This document shows, piece after piece, positions 9,259-19,553 of a DNA stretch of 64,000 nt. Made by a program: the position numbers and the translations under genes. The notes under the pieces were generated by a model. That model did not search any database. It worked only from the letters and a program-made list of their open reading frames with translations, and was not told the DNA's origin. Position 1 is the stretch's first letter, and each line of letters starts with the position of its first letter. This DNA is from an uncultured delta proteobacterium (GTDB taxonomy: Bacteria > Desulfobacterota > Syntrophia > Syntrophales > Smithellaceae). The DNA lies in assembly GCA_963753975.1 (NCBI GenBank), contig CAVWEH010000005.1, positions 96,001 to 160,000 on the forward strand. Reading direction: 5' to 3'.

Positions 9259-10443
9259 ATGAAAGAAATTGTTATTGTCGCCGGTGTTCGAACCGCTGTC
9301 GGCCGTATGGGAGGAACAATCGCACGTTACCGGCCGGAGGAATTAGGTGCTTTTGCCTTAAGGGGGCTTGTAGACAAAACCGGAATCGATCCTAATATCA
9401 TCGAAGATGTAGTGATGGGACTTTCCAATTCCTGGCATTCAGCCTACAACCCGGCCCGGTGGGCCGTTCTCAAGGCGGGGTTTCCTTACAGTCTTCCGGG
9501 TGTAACGGTGGAACGCCAATGTTCTTCGGGATTGCAAGCAATCAATTTCGCGGCCACTCAAATTATGGCCGGCCTCGGCGATATTTATATCGCCGGAGGC
9601 ATGGAAAGCTGGAGCCAGTGCCCCTGGATGATCGGCCGGGCCAGCGAAGCCTACAGCATGACTCCGCCGAGAATCCTGCCGCGGGAAACAGCGCCGACGC
9701 CGGAAGATCAGATGGTCATGGGTATGACTGCCGAAAACCTCGTCGTTAAATACAAAGTCACCCGTGAGGAGCAAGACGCCTTCGGCCTGAGAAGTCAGGA
9801 GAGGGCTCTCAAAGCGATAAAGGCGGGATATTTTAAGGATGAGATTATTCCCATCACGGTTCCGCAGAAAAAGGGCGAGATTGTCTTTGATACGGATGAA
9901 CATCCACGGGAAACGAGCATGGAAAAGCTCCGGGCCCTGCCGCCTGCTTTCAAGAAGGATGGAACGGTCACGGCTGGCTCCTCGTCCGGCCGCAACGACG
10001 CTGCTGCTGCGGTTTTAGTCATGACCATGGAAAAGGCCAAAGAACTCGGTTACAAACCGCTCGCCCGCTGGGTTACATGCGGAGTGGCCGGCGTTGACCC
10101 CAAAATCATGGGAATCGGCCCGGCTTACGCAATGCCCAAGGCATTGAAACGGGCAGGTCTGAAAATGACGGATATGGATGTCATCGAAATTAACGAGGCT
10201 TTTGCTGCTCAAGTCATTGCCTGCGTCAAAGAGTTGAAAACACAGGGGCATCCCATTGCTGATGAAAAACTCAATCCTAACGGCGGGGCGATTGCCTTCG
10301 GTCATCCCAATGGTATGAGCGGGACACGTATTGCAATATTCGCCATCAACGAGTTGAAGCGGCGCAAAGGAAAATACGCCATCGCTTCTCTCTGCATCGG
10401 CGGCGGTCAGGGTTTGGCCACGATTTTCGAGAGGCTTTCCTGA
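9259..10443 (+). CDS. Acetyl-CoA C-acyltransferase (thiolase)
   Basis: RQCSSG, NEAFA, GGAIAFGHP, CIGGGQG. Confidence 0.95.
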   Translation: MKEIVIVAGVRTAVGRMGGTIARYRPEELGAFALRGLVDKTGIDPNIIEDVVMGLSNSWHSAYNPARWAVLKAGFPYSLPGVTVERQCSSGLQAINFAATQIMAGLGDIYIAGGMESWSQCPWMIGRASEAYSMTPPRILPRETAPTPEDQMVMGMTAENLVVKYKVTREEQDAFGLRSQERALKAIKAGYFKDEIIPITVPQKKGEIVFDTDEHPRETSMEKLRALPPAFKKDGTVTAGSSSGRNDAAAAVLVMTMEKAKELGYKPLARWVTCGVAGVDPKIMGIGPAYAMPKALKRAGLKMTDMDVIEINEAFAAQVIACVKELKTQGHPIADEKLNPNGGAIAFGHPNGMSGTRIAIFAINELKRRKGKYAIASLCIGGGQGLATIFERLS

Positions 10444-10535
10444 AAATCTACCTGAACCATGTAAAGACGATCAGTAGTGTATCGTTGATATCGGAACCGA
10501 TACATTTACTGTGATAATAATTTACAAAAACGATG

Positions 10536-10574
10536 TTTAATGCTCCCCGCGGATTTGTCGCGGGGAGCATTAAA
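10536..10574. terminator. Bidirectional intrinsic terminator
   Basis: Perfect 16-bp inverted repeat TTTAATGCTCCCCGCG/CGCGGGGAGCATTAAA between convergent genes. Confidence 0.75.
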
Positions 10575-10580
10575 TCTATT

Positions 10581-11039
10581 TTAGAAGAATAACATGGACA
10601 GCGCTTCGGCTATGCATGCCGGTTTATCCTGACCTTTGATTTCAATTGTGTGGGTAGTGATCATGAGGATTCTGCCGGGCCCTTTTTCTTCCACGGCGGA
10701 GATAACCATCCGGGAGCGCACCTGTGAACCAACCGGAACGGGATTGATGAAGCGTACCTTGTTCAGGCCGTAATTAATCCCCATCTTCAGGCCTTCCGGC
10801 AGATATTTAGCCGATTTACTGAATATCGGAATCAGCGAAAGCGTCAAAAATCCATGGCCGATGGGACCGCCGAAAGGACCCTTCTTCGCTTTTTCGATAT
10901 CCACATGGATCCACTGATGGTCGTCCGTGGCGTCGGCAAACCGGTTGATTCTGTCCTGGTCAATTAACACCCAGTTGCTGATACCGTTTTCCTGGCCGAC
11001 CATTGTTTTTAATTTTTCCGCAGATATTAGTTCAGACAT
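10581..11039 (-). CDS. MaoC family dehydratase
   Basis: FADATDDHQWIHVD, IGHGFLTLS, NYGLNKVRF. Confidence 0.9.
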   Translation of the reverse strand: MSELISAEKLKTMVGQENGISNWVLIDQDRINRFADATDDHQWIHVDIEKAKKGPFGGPIGHGFLTLSLIPIFSKSAKYLPEGLKMGINYGLNKVRFINPVPVGSQVRSRMVISAVEEKGPGRILMITTHTIEIKGQDKPACIAEALSMLFF

Positions 11040-11131
11040 TTTAAAATTCTCCTTTTGTTATATAGATTAATTAATCATAGATAGATAAATCATCAATAAA
11101 AATTATTTGAATCGTTTTTCTTGCAACTAAA

Positions 11132-12106
11132 TTAATAATTCAATACCCAAAGAGGTTTTTCACCCTTCATCACCCGTCCCAAATTATCCAGCGACATGTT
11201 AATAATGCGCATTCCTGATTCCCTGGTAGAGCCGGCTAGATGAGGAGTTAGGATAACATTTTCCAAACCAAAGAGCGGATGATTCGCAGGCGGCGGCTCC
11301 TCGGTAAAGACGTCCACGGCGGCAAAGGCAATTTTCTTGCCGCGTAAAGCCTCCGCCAAAGCGGCTTCATCCACCAACGCCCCGCGTCCCACGTTGATGA
11401 GCACCGCGGTGGATTTCATTAGCGCCAGCTTCGCCGTATCAATAATTTTTGTGGTCTCGGCAGTGAGCGGCAGGTGGAGGCTCACCACATCGGCAGTTTT
11501 CAGAATTTCTTCCATAGACGCGTAAGCGGCATTGTACTTTTTCTCGTCCGCGGCGCTGAGCCTGACAATGTCGTAATAGAGCAGTTTGACTCCGAAGGGC
11601 GCGAGGCGTTCGGCTACGGCGCGGGCTGTGCGGCCCATACCCAAAAGTCCATAGGTTTTGCCGTTCAGTTCGAATACGCCCGTCCTTTGAGCTTCAGTAA
11701 AAAGCCACGCGCCCTGATGAGTTTTGGCGTTATAATAGGGCAGGTTTTTCAGAGAGGCCAAAGCCAGCATTATCGTATGTTCGGCCACGCCGATATCGTT
11801 TGCTCCCGGCGTGTTGGCGACTGGTATACCGAATTCCTTACAGGCATTAATATCAATATGGTTATAACCCACGCTCGGTTGTTGGATGAGCTTGAGTTTC
11901 TTGGCTGCCTTAGCAACCCTGCGGGTGATAGCTGTAGATCCTGTATAGTCACCCAGGAGGATATCAGCATCGGCAATTTCCGCCATAAGCTTTTCCTCAG
12001 TAAATTTATGGACGTCTATAACGGTAAATGGAATTCCCGCAACTTTAGTCTCGATAAGGCTTTTCAAGCCGGTGCCGGACAGGGGGGCGGTATTGAGTAT
12101 TTTCAT
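11132..12106 (-). CDS. D-isomer-specific 2-hydroxyacid dehydrogenase
   Basis: GLLGMGR, LINVGRG, DVFTEEP, TPHLAG. Confidence 0.9.
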   Translation of the reverse strand: MKILNTAPLSGTGLKSLIETKVAGIPFTVIDVHKFTEEKLMAEIADADILLGDYTGSTAITRRVAKAAKKLKLIQQPSVGYNHIDINACKEFGIPVANTPGANDIGVAEHTIMLALASLKNLPYYNAKTHQGAWLFTEAQRTGVFELNGKTYGLLGMGRTARAVAERLAPFGVKLLYYDIVRLSAADEKKYNAAYASMEEILKTADVVSLHLPLTAETTKIIDTAKLALMKSTAVLINVGRGALVDEAALAEALRGKKIAFAAVDVFTEEPPPANHPLFGLENVILTPHLAGSTRESGMRIINMSLDNLGRVMKGEKPLWVLNY

Positions 12107-12383
12107 ATATCCTCTTCAATTTTCTTATTCATGAGGCTAAAATTTCAAAAACGAAATGCATCAGGATACACCTTGGCCATGAACCATCTTTTACTTTCCC
12201 TAAACCATTGACAATTGAATGTCAATATGTGAGAATTTTTTTACTGCTATTCGGCGTGCACCGAACTGTTTAGATAAAGGGTGAGTAAATCTTTCGGTGA
12301 AAGACGCTTAGCAAAAAGATCTTATCACACATAAAAATGAATTATAATACCTAAAACAAGTTTTTACTCATCTGAGGAATACT

Positions 12384-13937
12384 ATGAACGGTGCGGAGAT
12401 AATTTTGCAGACGGCCAGAGACGACGGAGTCGAAATATGTTTTGCCAACGCGGGAACAACCGAGTTGCCGTTGGTGGCGGCATTTGATACTGTAAGCGGC
12501 ATTCGCCCTGTCCTTGGCCTTTTTGAGGGTGTTTGCACGGGAGCAGCCGACGGCTATGGCCGGATGACACAGACACCTGCCATGACCTTGCTGCATCTTG
12601 GCCCGGGATTTGCCAACGGCATTGCCAATCTGCACAACGCCCGCCGCGCGCGGACACCGATTTTCAACATCATCGGCCAACATGCTTCCTGGCATCTGGC
12701 GGCGGATCCTCCTTTAAATATGGATATCGCCTCGCTCGCAAAAACAGTATCCGGATGGCAGAGAAAGAGTCGTTCTGTAAATGCATTGGCGCAGGATACG
12801 GCAGATGCGGTGGCCGCATCGCTTTATGGACAGATATCCACGATCATCGTTCCCACAGATTATCAGTGGTCCGAGTACGAAGGGAAAAGTGTTAAAATGC
12901 CGCATTTTGAATTTGCTGGGGCTGATCAAAAGAAAATTGAAGCAGCCGCAAAACTGCTGAAAAAATCAACCAAACCGGCGCTAATCCTGGGCGGGCGGGC
13001 ATTGCGCAAACCAGGCCTCGCCACAGCGGCAAAAATCAAAGCGGCCACGGGTTGTGATCTTTTGATGGTCACCTTCCCGGCTTATTTTGACAGCGGCGAA
13101 GGTTTCCCGTTATTAAAACGCATTCCCTATTTTCCCGAACAGGCATCAGCCCTGCTGGGTAAATATGACTCGTTTATTCTGGCTGGAGCCGAAGAGCCGG
13201 TTGCCTTTTTCGGATACAAAGGGGGGAAGAGTCATTATCTCGCCGACAGCCAGAAATGGGTTAGGATTGATACGGAAAAACAGGATGCGACCGCCGCGCT
13301 TCTTGCCCTGGCCGAAGATTTAAGCGCTTCCTTAAGTAAGATTAATGTCCATTCTATACTGGCAAAATATGAATTGCCGGAAATCCCTTCCGGAGCATTA
13401 GACTCCCGGAAATTATGCGCAGTGATTGCCGCTCTGCAGCCGGACAATTGTATTATTGTAGATGAAGGCGTTACTTCGTCAGCGCCATACTATTCATTAG
13501 CTCCGATGCTAAAACCTTACAGCCATCTTACTCTGACCGGCGGCGCAATAGGACAAGGTATGCCCTGCGCCCTGGGAGCGGCACTGGCCTGTCCCGACAG
13601 AAAAGTGATCAATATCGAGGCCGACGGAAGCGCCATGTACACTGTGCAGGCTCTGTGGTCGCAAGCTCATGAAAAAGCAAATGTGATTACCCTGATTTGC
13701 TCGAATCGCAAATATTTTACGATTGAATATGAATGCTTGAGGGCCGGATATTCGTCTTTAGGGAAAGAAGCCAAAGCCCTAATAAATCTGGATAATCCTC
13801 CGCTTGATTGGGTTAAACTCGGCCACGGAATGAATGTTTCCGCCGTATCCGTGAATACCGCGGAAGAATTAGCGAAAGAATTGAAAGCGGCTTTGAATGA
13901 ATCCGGTCCCCACTTAATTGAAGCCGTTCTCGGGTAA
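12384..13937 (+). CDS. TPP-dependent enzyme (acetolactate synthase large subunit-like)
   Basis: FANAGTTE, EGVCTGAADGY, ADGSAMY TPP motif. Confidence 0.85.
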   Translation: MNGAEIILQTARDDGVEICFANAGTTELPLVAAFDTVSGIRPVLGLFEGVCTGAADGYGRMTQTPAMTLLHLGPGFANGIANLHNARRARTPIFNIIGQHASWHLAADPPLNMDIASLAKTVSGWQRKSRSVNALAQDTADAVAASLYGQISTIIVPTDYQWSEYEGKSVKMPHFEFAGADQKKIEAAAKLLKKSTKPALILGGRALRKPGLATAAKIKAATGCDLLMVTFPAYFDSGEGFPLLKRIPYFPEQASALLGKYDSFILAGAEEPVAFFGYKGGKSHYLADSQKWVRIDTEKQDATAALLALAEDLSASLSKINVHSILAKYELPEIPSGALDSRKLCAVIAALQPDNCIIVDEGVTSSAPYYSLAPMLKPYSHLTLTGGAIGQGMPCALGAALACPDRKVINIEADGSAMYTVQALWSQAHEKANVITLICSNRKYFTIEYECLRAGYSSLGKEAKALINLDNPPLDWVKLGHGMNVSAVSVNTAEELAKELKAALNESGPHLIEAVLG

Positions 13938-13962
13938 TAACAACCGAAGGAGGAATCAACCA

Positions 13963-14961
13963 ATGTCACTTCCCGCCAACATGAAATATATTGACCATGG
14001 CCAGGGCGGCCCGGCCTCGAGCCTTAAGGTAAAAGAGGGACCCCTGCCGCAGCTCCAATCCGGCGAGGTATTGATCGAAGTCGCTTACGCCGGAGTGAAC
14101 CGGCCTGATTTATTGCAGCGTGCCGGAGCTTATCCTCCCCCTGCCGGAGCTTCGCCTGTTTTGGGGTTAGAAGTGGCCGGAAAGATAGTTGACAAAGCTA
14201 TCGATGTTAAACAATGGAAAATAGACGATGTAGTCTGTGCGCTCACGCCGGGCGGCGGCTATGCCGAATATTGCGCGGCACCATCTTCTAATTGTCTGCC
14301 GATTCCTAAGGGTCTTTCGCTTGCCGAAGCGGCGGCATTGCCGGAAAATTATTTCACCGTTTGGACAAACGTGTTCGATCGCGGTCGTCTCACCGCAGGA
14401 GAAAAATTTCTTGTGCATGGCGGTGCGGGCGGCATCGGCATTACGGCGATTCAACTGGCCAAAGCCTTCGGCGCAAAGGTTTATACGACTGTCACCGGCA
14501 CGGACAAAATTGACGCAGTTAAAAAGCTCGGTGCCGATGAGGCAATTGATTACAAGAAGCAGGATTGGTATCAAGAAATACGCAAGCTCGCCGGAAAGCA
14601 GGGCTTGGACTGCATCCTGGATATGGTCGGCGGAGAATACATCGGAAAAAATCTTAAGCTTCTTACAACCAACGGAAGACTGGTGCAAATTGCCTTCATG
14701 CAAGGCTCCAAGGTCGAACTCGACTGCCTGCCCATTTTAACCAGAAGTCTGACCTTTACCGGTTCAACACTGCGGCCGCGGTCGATCGAAGAAAAAGCGG
14801 CCATCGCGCAAGCACTCTTGAAAAATGTCTGGCCGCTTCTGGAAGCCAAGAAAGTGGGCACTTTAATCTACAAAGTTTATCCTCTTCAGGAAGCTCGAAA
14901 AGCGCATGAGCTAATGGAATCTTCCGCCCATATTGGCAAAATAGTGCTGAAAGTAATATGA
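13963..14961 (+). CDS. NAD(P)H:quinone oxidoreductase, PIG3 family
   Basis: AGVNRPDLLQR, HGGAGGIG, GSTLRPR, HIGKIVL; ATG after AGGAGG. Confidence 0.9.
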   Translation: MSLPANMKYIDHGQGGPASSLKVKEGPLPQLQSGEVLIEVAYAGVNRPDLLQRAGAYPPPAGASPVLGLEVAGKIVDKAIDVKQWKIDDVVCALTPGGGYAEYCAAPSSNCLPIPKGLSLAEAAALPENYFTVWTNVFDRGRLTAGEKFLVHGGAGGIGITAIQLAKAFGAKVYTTVTGTDKIDAVKKLGADEAIDYKKQDWYQEIRKLAGKQGLDCILDMVGGEYIGKNLKLLTTNGRLVQIAFMQGSKVELDCLPILTRSLTFTGSTLRPRSIEEKAAIAQALLKNVWPLLEAKKVGTLIYKVYPLQEARKAHELMESSAHIGKIVLKVI

Positions 14962-15815
14962 GCAAAACCGGCAAATCAGCGTTGGTCGTGGAAGGTGGAG
15001 GGATGAGGAGCATCTTTGCCGCGGGAGTTCTTCATGCCTTTGGCGAGGCCGGTTTTGATCCTTTCGATTTATATATTGGCGTTTCCGCAGGCGCTTGCCA
15101 CCTGGCTTCTCATTTAGCCGGTCAGAATAACCGGAATTTCGATATCACTCTTCAATACTCACTGACATCCGATTTCATCAATATTAGACGATTTCTCAGC
15201 GGTGGCCATTTGATGGATCTGGATTGGATGTGGAAACAAACCATCGCCAACTACCGGCTTAATCTCGCCTGCTTATTTAGCAGATTACGCACACAGAATA
15301 AGGAATATATTGTCGTTGCCACGTCAATGGAAACAGGCAATGCTCTTTATTTACGGCCCGATGAAAATACCTTGGAACACTACTTAAAAGTTTCCAGTTC
15401 CATACCAATCTTTTACCGGAACATTCTGGAAGTAGAAGGCGAAAAGGCTACGGACGGCGGCATTGCCGATGCTATCCCGGTGCGGGAAGCGAACAGGCGC
15501 GGCGCAACCGAGATCACAGTCATCCGTTCGCGTCCAACGGACTATGTCAAGAAACAGAGCCCGTTCACCTTTATTTTGTCTATTTATTTTAGAAAATATC
15601 CGCAGCTTGTGGAAAAATTCAGAAAGCGGGCGCGTAACTACATGGCTTCCGTGGATTTCATCCATCACCCGCCGGAAGGTGTCCGGATAACTGAACTTGC
15701 CCCGCCTAATGGCACAGGCATCGGCAGGACGACGCAAAATGAAACCGTACTCAGAGCTACCTACCAAATAGGCATTGATTCCGGCAACAGGTTCTTAAAA
15801 AAGAAACCGAAATAG
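14958..15815 (+). CDS. Patatin-like phospholipase
   Basis: EGGGMR, GVSAG, DGG motifs. Confidence 0.85.
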   Translation: MSKTGKSALVVEGGGMRSIFAAGVLHAFGEAGFDPFDLYIGVSAGACHLASHLAGQNNRNFDITLQYSLTSDFINIRRFLSGGHLMDLDWMWKQTIANYRLNLACLFSRLRTQNKEYIVVATSMETGNALYLRPDENTLEHYLKVSSSIPIFYRNILEVEGEKATDGGIADAIPVREANRRGATEITVIRSRPTDYVKKQSPFTFILSIYFRKYPQLVEKFRKRARNYMASVDFIHHPPEGVRITELAPPNGTGIGRTTQNETVLRATYQIGIDSGNRFLKKKPK

Positions 15816-15918
15816 CTTAACTTCTGATTCAGCCCCCTTCTTTACTTCATGAACGCGATCTTCTCCATAATGTGTCAAGTCCCGATAACGGTAATGAGGC
15901 ACAGATTAAAGAGAACCA

Positions 15919-16782
15919 TTAAGATAAAACTACTTCGTCAAAGGTACCGTCGGCAAAATCCAAAAAAATAAGACGGTTTCTTATCGGGCTTCCGATCCCG
16001 GTGATTATTTTGATTGCTTCCTGCGCTTCCCAGGCGGCGATTACCGCCGGCGTCGCCGCGGGATTGCCCGTCCGAGCTTCTATTCCGCAGACGTTTTCTT
16101 TAGCGGAGGAGCCGCAGAGAGCATCAAATCCTTTATCCCCCGGAAAGACGGTCAACAGCTCCCCGCACCAACCCGCTATCGCACCATGAACAAAGGGAAT
16201 ATTTAGTTTCTCGCAGGCACCGGCAACAATCCGGCGGGTCGGCAGATTATCCAACCCGTCGATTACAACATTGGCATCTTTTATCAATTTCTCAGCATTC
16301 CGCGAATCGATTTTTTTGTTGATGGCGGTAACTGTTACGGCGGAATTGATTTTTCTTACCCGGGCCGCTGCAACTTGCACCTTGGATTTGCTCAGATCAC
16401 TCTCTGTGACCATTATTTGTCTGTTGAGATTGTTTTCCGTAAACTTGTCATTATCTATGATTACCAACTGACCGATTCCCTGCCGGGCGAGCAATTCTAT
16501 TATCGTTCCCCCCAGGCCGCCTACACCGCAGACGACAACCGTGGAGCGAAGCAGTTTTAACTGCCCCTCTATGCCAATTGTTCCGATGTTACGTATGTAC
16601 CTAATGGGAATTATATTTTGTTTAAGACAGGAAATTTCGATCTCCCGCGAGGGAATTCTTCTTCTAGAGGAAATAAAGCGAACGCTCTTCAGGTCAATAA
16701 CCCGTTTTTTTTTCTTGTCGGGCAACGTCCAACTTTTGCACAGCCCGCGAATCAAATTATCGATGGATTGACCTGTAGCCAT
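15919..16782 (-). CDS. ThiF/MoeB/HesA family E1-like adenylyltransferase
   Basis: CGVGGLG, NLNRQ, DGLDN. Confidence 0.85.
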   Translation of the reverse strand: MATGQSIDNLIRGLCKSWTLPDKKKKRVIDLKSVRFISSRRRIPSREIEISCLKQNIIPIRYIRNIGTIGIEGQLKLLRSTVVVCGVGGLGGTIIELLARQGIGQLVIIDNDKFTENNLNRQIMVTESDLSKSKVQVAAARVRKINSAVTVTAINKKIDSRNAEKLIKDANVVIDGLDNLPTRRIVAGACEKLNIPFVHGAIAGWCGELLTVFPGDKGFDALCGSSAKENVCGIEARTGNPAATPAVIAAWEAQEAIKIITGIGSPIRNRLIFLDFADGTFDEVVLS

Positions 16783-16831
16783 ATCGCTAATGAATTCAAA
16801 AAAATTGAAAATTCCGGTTCAGCCGTCTTTT

Positions 16832-16942
16832 ACCCCGTCAGAGAAAGCCCCCAACTCCTGTTGGGGGTTAAAGTCCTGTAAGACAGACGGCAGTTTGATG
16901 CCGCCCTCTAAAACCGCAAAGCGCCCGTTGCTCTAACGGGGT
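16832..16942. mobile_element. MITE-like element with 12-bp terminal inverted repeats
   Basis: ACCCCGTCAGAG ... CTCTAACGGGGT (1 mismatch); internal hairpin CCCCCAAC/GTTGGGGG. Confidence 0.55.
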
Positions 16943-17311
16943 TTACTTTTTTTCCGTAAAAAATGTCGTTGCCCCCGTAAACCAGAGCGCTTGCTTATCA
17001 TCACCTTCGAAAACAAGTTTTCCTTCAAAAAGAGCGTCCATGGATTTATTGAGGTCTTCCGATGCCATGATCTTGAAAGCGGTATCGGCATCCTTCCAGA
17101 CCATAGCCACGTCAAATTGTTTTTGATCACCGCCGGACACCGATGAAAATTTTCCATTGTCGAAAATAAATAATCTTCCCCTTTTACCGTCGGCCGTTTT
17201 AATTAATACTTTTGTTTTTTCTTTTCTAATATATTCCTGGAATTCCGGATTCTTTTTGGATGCGCCTTTAAGCTTGCGATACAGAATAAAAAGCAGCAGC
17301 GTAAATTTCAT
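16943..17311 (-). CDS. Small SCP2 (sterol carrier)-like protein
   Basis: 122 aa; DVAMVWKDADTA...ALFEGKLVFEGD resembles the SCP2 fold C-terminus. Confidence 0.55.
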   Translation of the reverse strand: MKFTLLLFILYRKLKGASKKNPEFQEYIRKEKTKVLIKTADGKRGRLFIFDNGKFSSVSGGDQKQFDVAMVWKDADTAFKIMASEDLNKSMDALFEGKLVFEGDDKQALWFTGATTFFTEKK

Positions 17312-17327
17312 ATATATACCTCCTTCT

Positions 17328-17612
17328 TCAGCCGCCGGCGACTCGGGGCAAGAGATCGAGCTTGTCGCCGTCCTTAAAATTTATTTTTTTCAATAGCTTT
17401 ATGTTTGTGCCGTTGAGCAGGATATTACTGTTATCCCAAATTGATTGTTTTTTGCCGACTCCCATGGACATAATCTTTTTCTCGAGCACGGGTCCGAATT
17501 TAGTCTCGACAAAGTTTCTGGCTTCGTCAATACTGCCCACATCGGCGGTCACGGTTCGCCTCCCCAGTAAAGTCCGCCATGGTCCGATGAAGTTGATGTT
17601 AATTGCCGGCAA
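17328..17612 (-). CDS. MoaD/ThiS family sulfur carrier
   Basis: C-terminal LLPRVAGG; ILLNG and DGDKL. Start uncertain (TTG, or an upstream ATG out of frame by one base). Confidence 0.8.
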   Translation of the reverse strand: MPAININFIGPWRTLLGRRTVTADVGSIDEARNFVETKFGPVLEKKIMSMGVGKKQSIWDNSNILLNGTNIKLLKKINFKDGDKLDLLPRVAGG

Positions 17613-17676
17613 ATGAGTTACCCATTAATAACGGCATCCCGAGATCCTCTGCTGCCCCGCTAATTCTATGCCGCAG

Positions 17677-19524
17677 CTATTCCGCCCCGATGGATGCGGC
17701 GATTTCCGGCATACCCAGATTCTCCAATCTCTTTTTTGACGGTTTGCCGGTAATTTTGTTCCAGTCTCTGACGGCATAGTACTCCGGAAGCATCTTTTCC
17801 ATGTTCGGTACATGGCCTTCCTGCCCGCCGTCGGGAATCGGCCTCATGGCCAGTTCCGGTATCACGTCATCTTTCGAAGTAATTCCGAGCTTGCAGGACA
17901 GCGCTCTCTGCAGCTGGAAGGTGCGCTCTCCGGCCTTTAATAACTCATCCATGGTCGTATTCCAGCCCGTGGAAGCATTAATCATGTCGATAAGTAAATT
18001 GAACGGTATTATGGCAAAGTGACAAATTCCCAGTGAATCGGTTAAAGTTCGGAAATTCTGGCCTTTGGCGACACCGGCAGCTTTATCATCGGCCCAGCGG
18101 TCGGTTATTTCGATTTCCACATCTGGATGGCCTGTCCCACTGTCCACCTGATAGGCGTCATTCTTATTATGATCAGCGCCGCGCGGAGCCGTTGCATAAA
18201 CAAGGCCCATCGAATGATAAGCCCGCGGATCGTGCATGGGAAATTCCAATCCCTTGCATTGGACGGCTTCTCCCGGCGGCCGGCCGTACTTTTGCGCCAT
18301 CTTCTTTGTTCCGGAGACGAGCACTGCGCCGAAGCCCTGGTTTTTAGCAATCAGATGCGCAAGCTCAATTGCCGCATCGGTATTACCCCATGTTAGTTTC
18401 AATCCGCCGGTATCTTTCTCCGAAATTACTCCGAGGCTATAGAGATAAAACGCATAGCCGACACTGGCGCCGCTGCTTATCGTGTCGAATCCATAAGCGT
18501 TGCATAATTCGTTAAAATATACTGCCATCGACATATCCAGATCCAATCCCATCATCGCGCCCCAGGCTATCAAGGTTTCATATTCCGGCCCTTCGACCCT
18601 GTCATACAGGTGCTTCCCTTCTTTGATCTGGAGAATCTTGCGGCAGCGTATCGGGCAGCCGTAACAGGCGGTGCTGTCCGTTTGATATTTTTCCAACTGT
18701 TCAGCGCCGCTTATTCTTGTCGATTCCGGCAAAGTGGGGGCGGTGTAGTATTTGGTAGGACCGTCGCCGTAGGAAATGGCCGAATCAATCCATCCGGCCG
18801 TACCGGTCTGGTGCATGATCATCGATAAAAAACCTTCTTTGACTTCAGTCATCGCGCGGCGCGAGACCTCGCGGAATTTCTCCGGATCAGCCATCGGCAG
18901 TTTCATCTTGCCGCGTACCGCGATCGCCTTAACCTTCTTGGAGCCCATAACACAGCCCAATCCGGCTCGGCCGAGGCAGTGTCCATATTCGGTCATGATA
19001 TTGCCGTAGGGGACAAGATTCTCGGAAGCGGGACCGATGCAGGCAACCTGCACACGATTATCGTTATATTCTTTTTTGATTTCTTCCTGAGTTTTGTAGG
19101 TATCTTTCCCCCACAAGTGGCTAGCGTCTTTAATTTCTGCTTTGCCGTCTTTGATATAAATATATACGGGTTTGGCGGAGATGCCTTTAAGGATTATGCC
19201 GTCGTAACCGGCATTCTTGAACTCCGCGCCGAACCAGGCTCCGGCATTGGCGTCGCCGTAATGCCCCGTGTAGGGGGACTTAGTAGCGCCGCCCCAGCGG
19301 CTGACACTGGGCCCGCTGGTGCCGTTCAAGAGACCAGGCATAAGGATAAGGGGATTATCCGGACCCAGCGGATCGGTTTTATCATCAACCATGTTGTAGA
19401 GGTAACGCGCGGCGAGCCCCGTGCTGCCGATAAAATCGCGTGCGTATTTTTCATTCAGGGGTTCATCCTGGAGTTTTCCCTGCGTAAGATCAGCAACTAA
19501 TATCTTACCATGATATCCATTCAT
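17677..19524 (-). CDS. aor: Aldehyde:ferredoxin oxidoreductase family (W/Mo-bis-pterin)
   Basis: TKSPYTG, GRAGLGCVMGSKK, CYGCPIRC, GPEYET, DSLGIC. Confidence 0.9.
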   Translation of the reverse strand: MNGYHGKILVADLTQGKLQDEPLNEKYARDFIGSTGLAARYLYNMVDDKTDPLGPDNPLILMPGLLNGTSGPSVSRWGGATKSPYTGHYGDANAGAWFGAEFKNAGYDGIILKGISAKPVYIYIKDGKAEIKDASHLWGKDTYKTQEEIKKEYNDNRVQVACIGPASENLVPYGNIMTEYGHCLGRAGLGCVMGSKKVKAIAVRGKMKLPMADPEKFREVSRRAMTEVKEGFLSMIMHQTGTAGWIDSAISYGDGPTKYYTAPTLPESTRISGAEQLEKYQTDSTACYGCPIRCRKILQIKEGKHLYDRVEGPEYETLIAWGAMMGLDLDMSMAVYFNELCNAYGFDTISSGASVGYAFYLYSLGVISEKDTGGLKLTWGNTDAAIELAHLIAKNQGFGAVLVSGTKKMAQKYGRPPGEAVQCKGLEFPMHDPRAYHSMGLVYATAPRGADHNKNDAYQVDSGTGHPDVEIEITDRWADDKAAGVAKGQNFRTLTDSLGICHFAIIPFNLLIDMINASTGWNTTMDELLKAGERTFQLQRALSCKLGITSKDDVIPELAMRPIPDGGQEGHVPNMEKMLPEYYAVRDWNKITGKPSKKRLENLGMPEIAASIGAE

Positions 19525-19553
19525 GATCTCCTCCTGTATGTTTCTTTGTTCGT

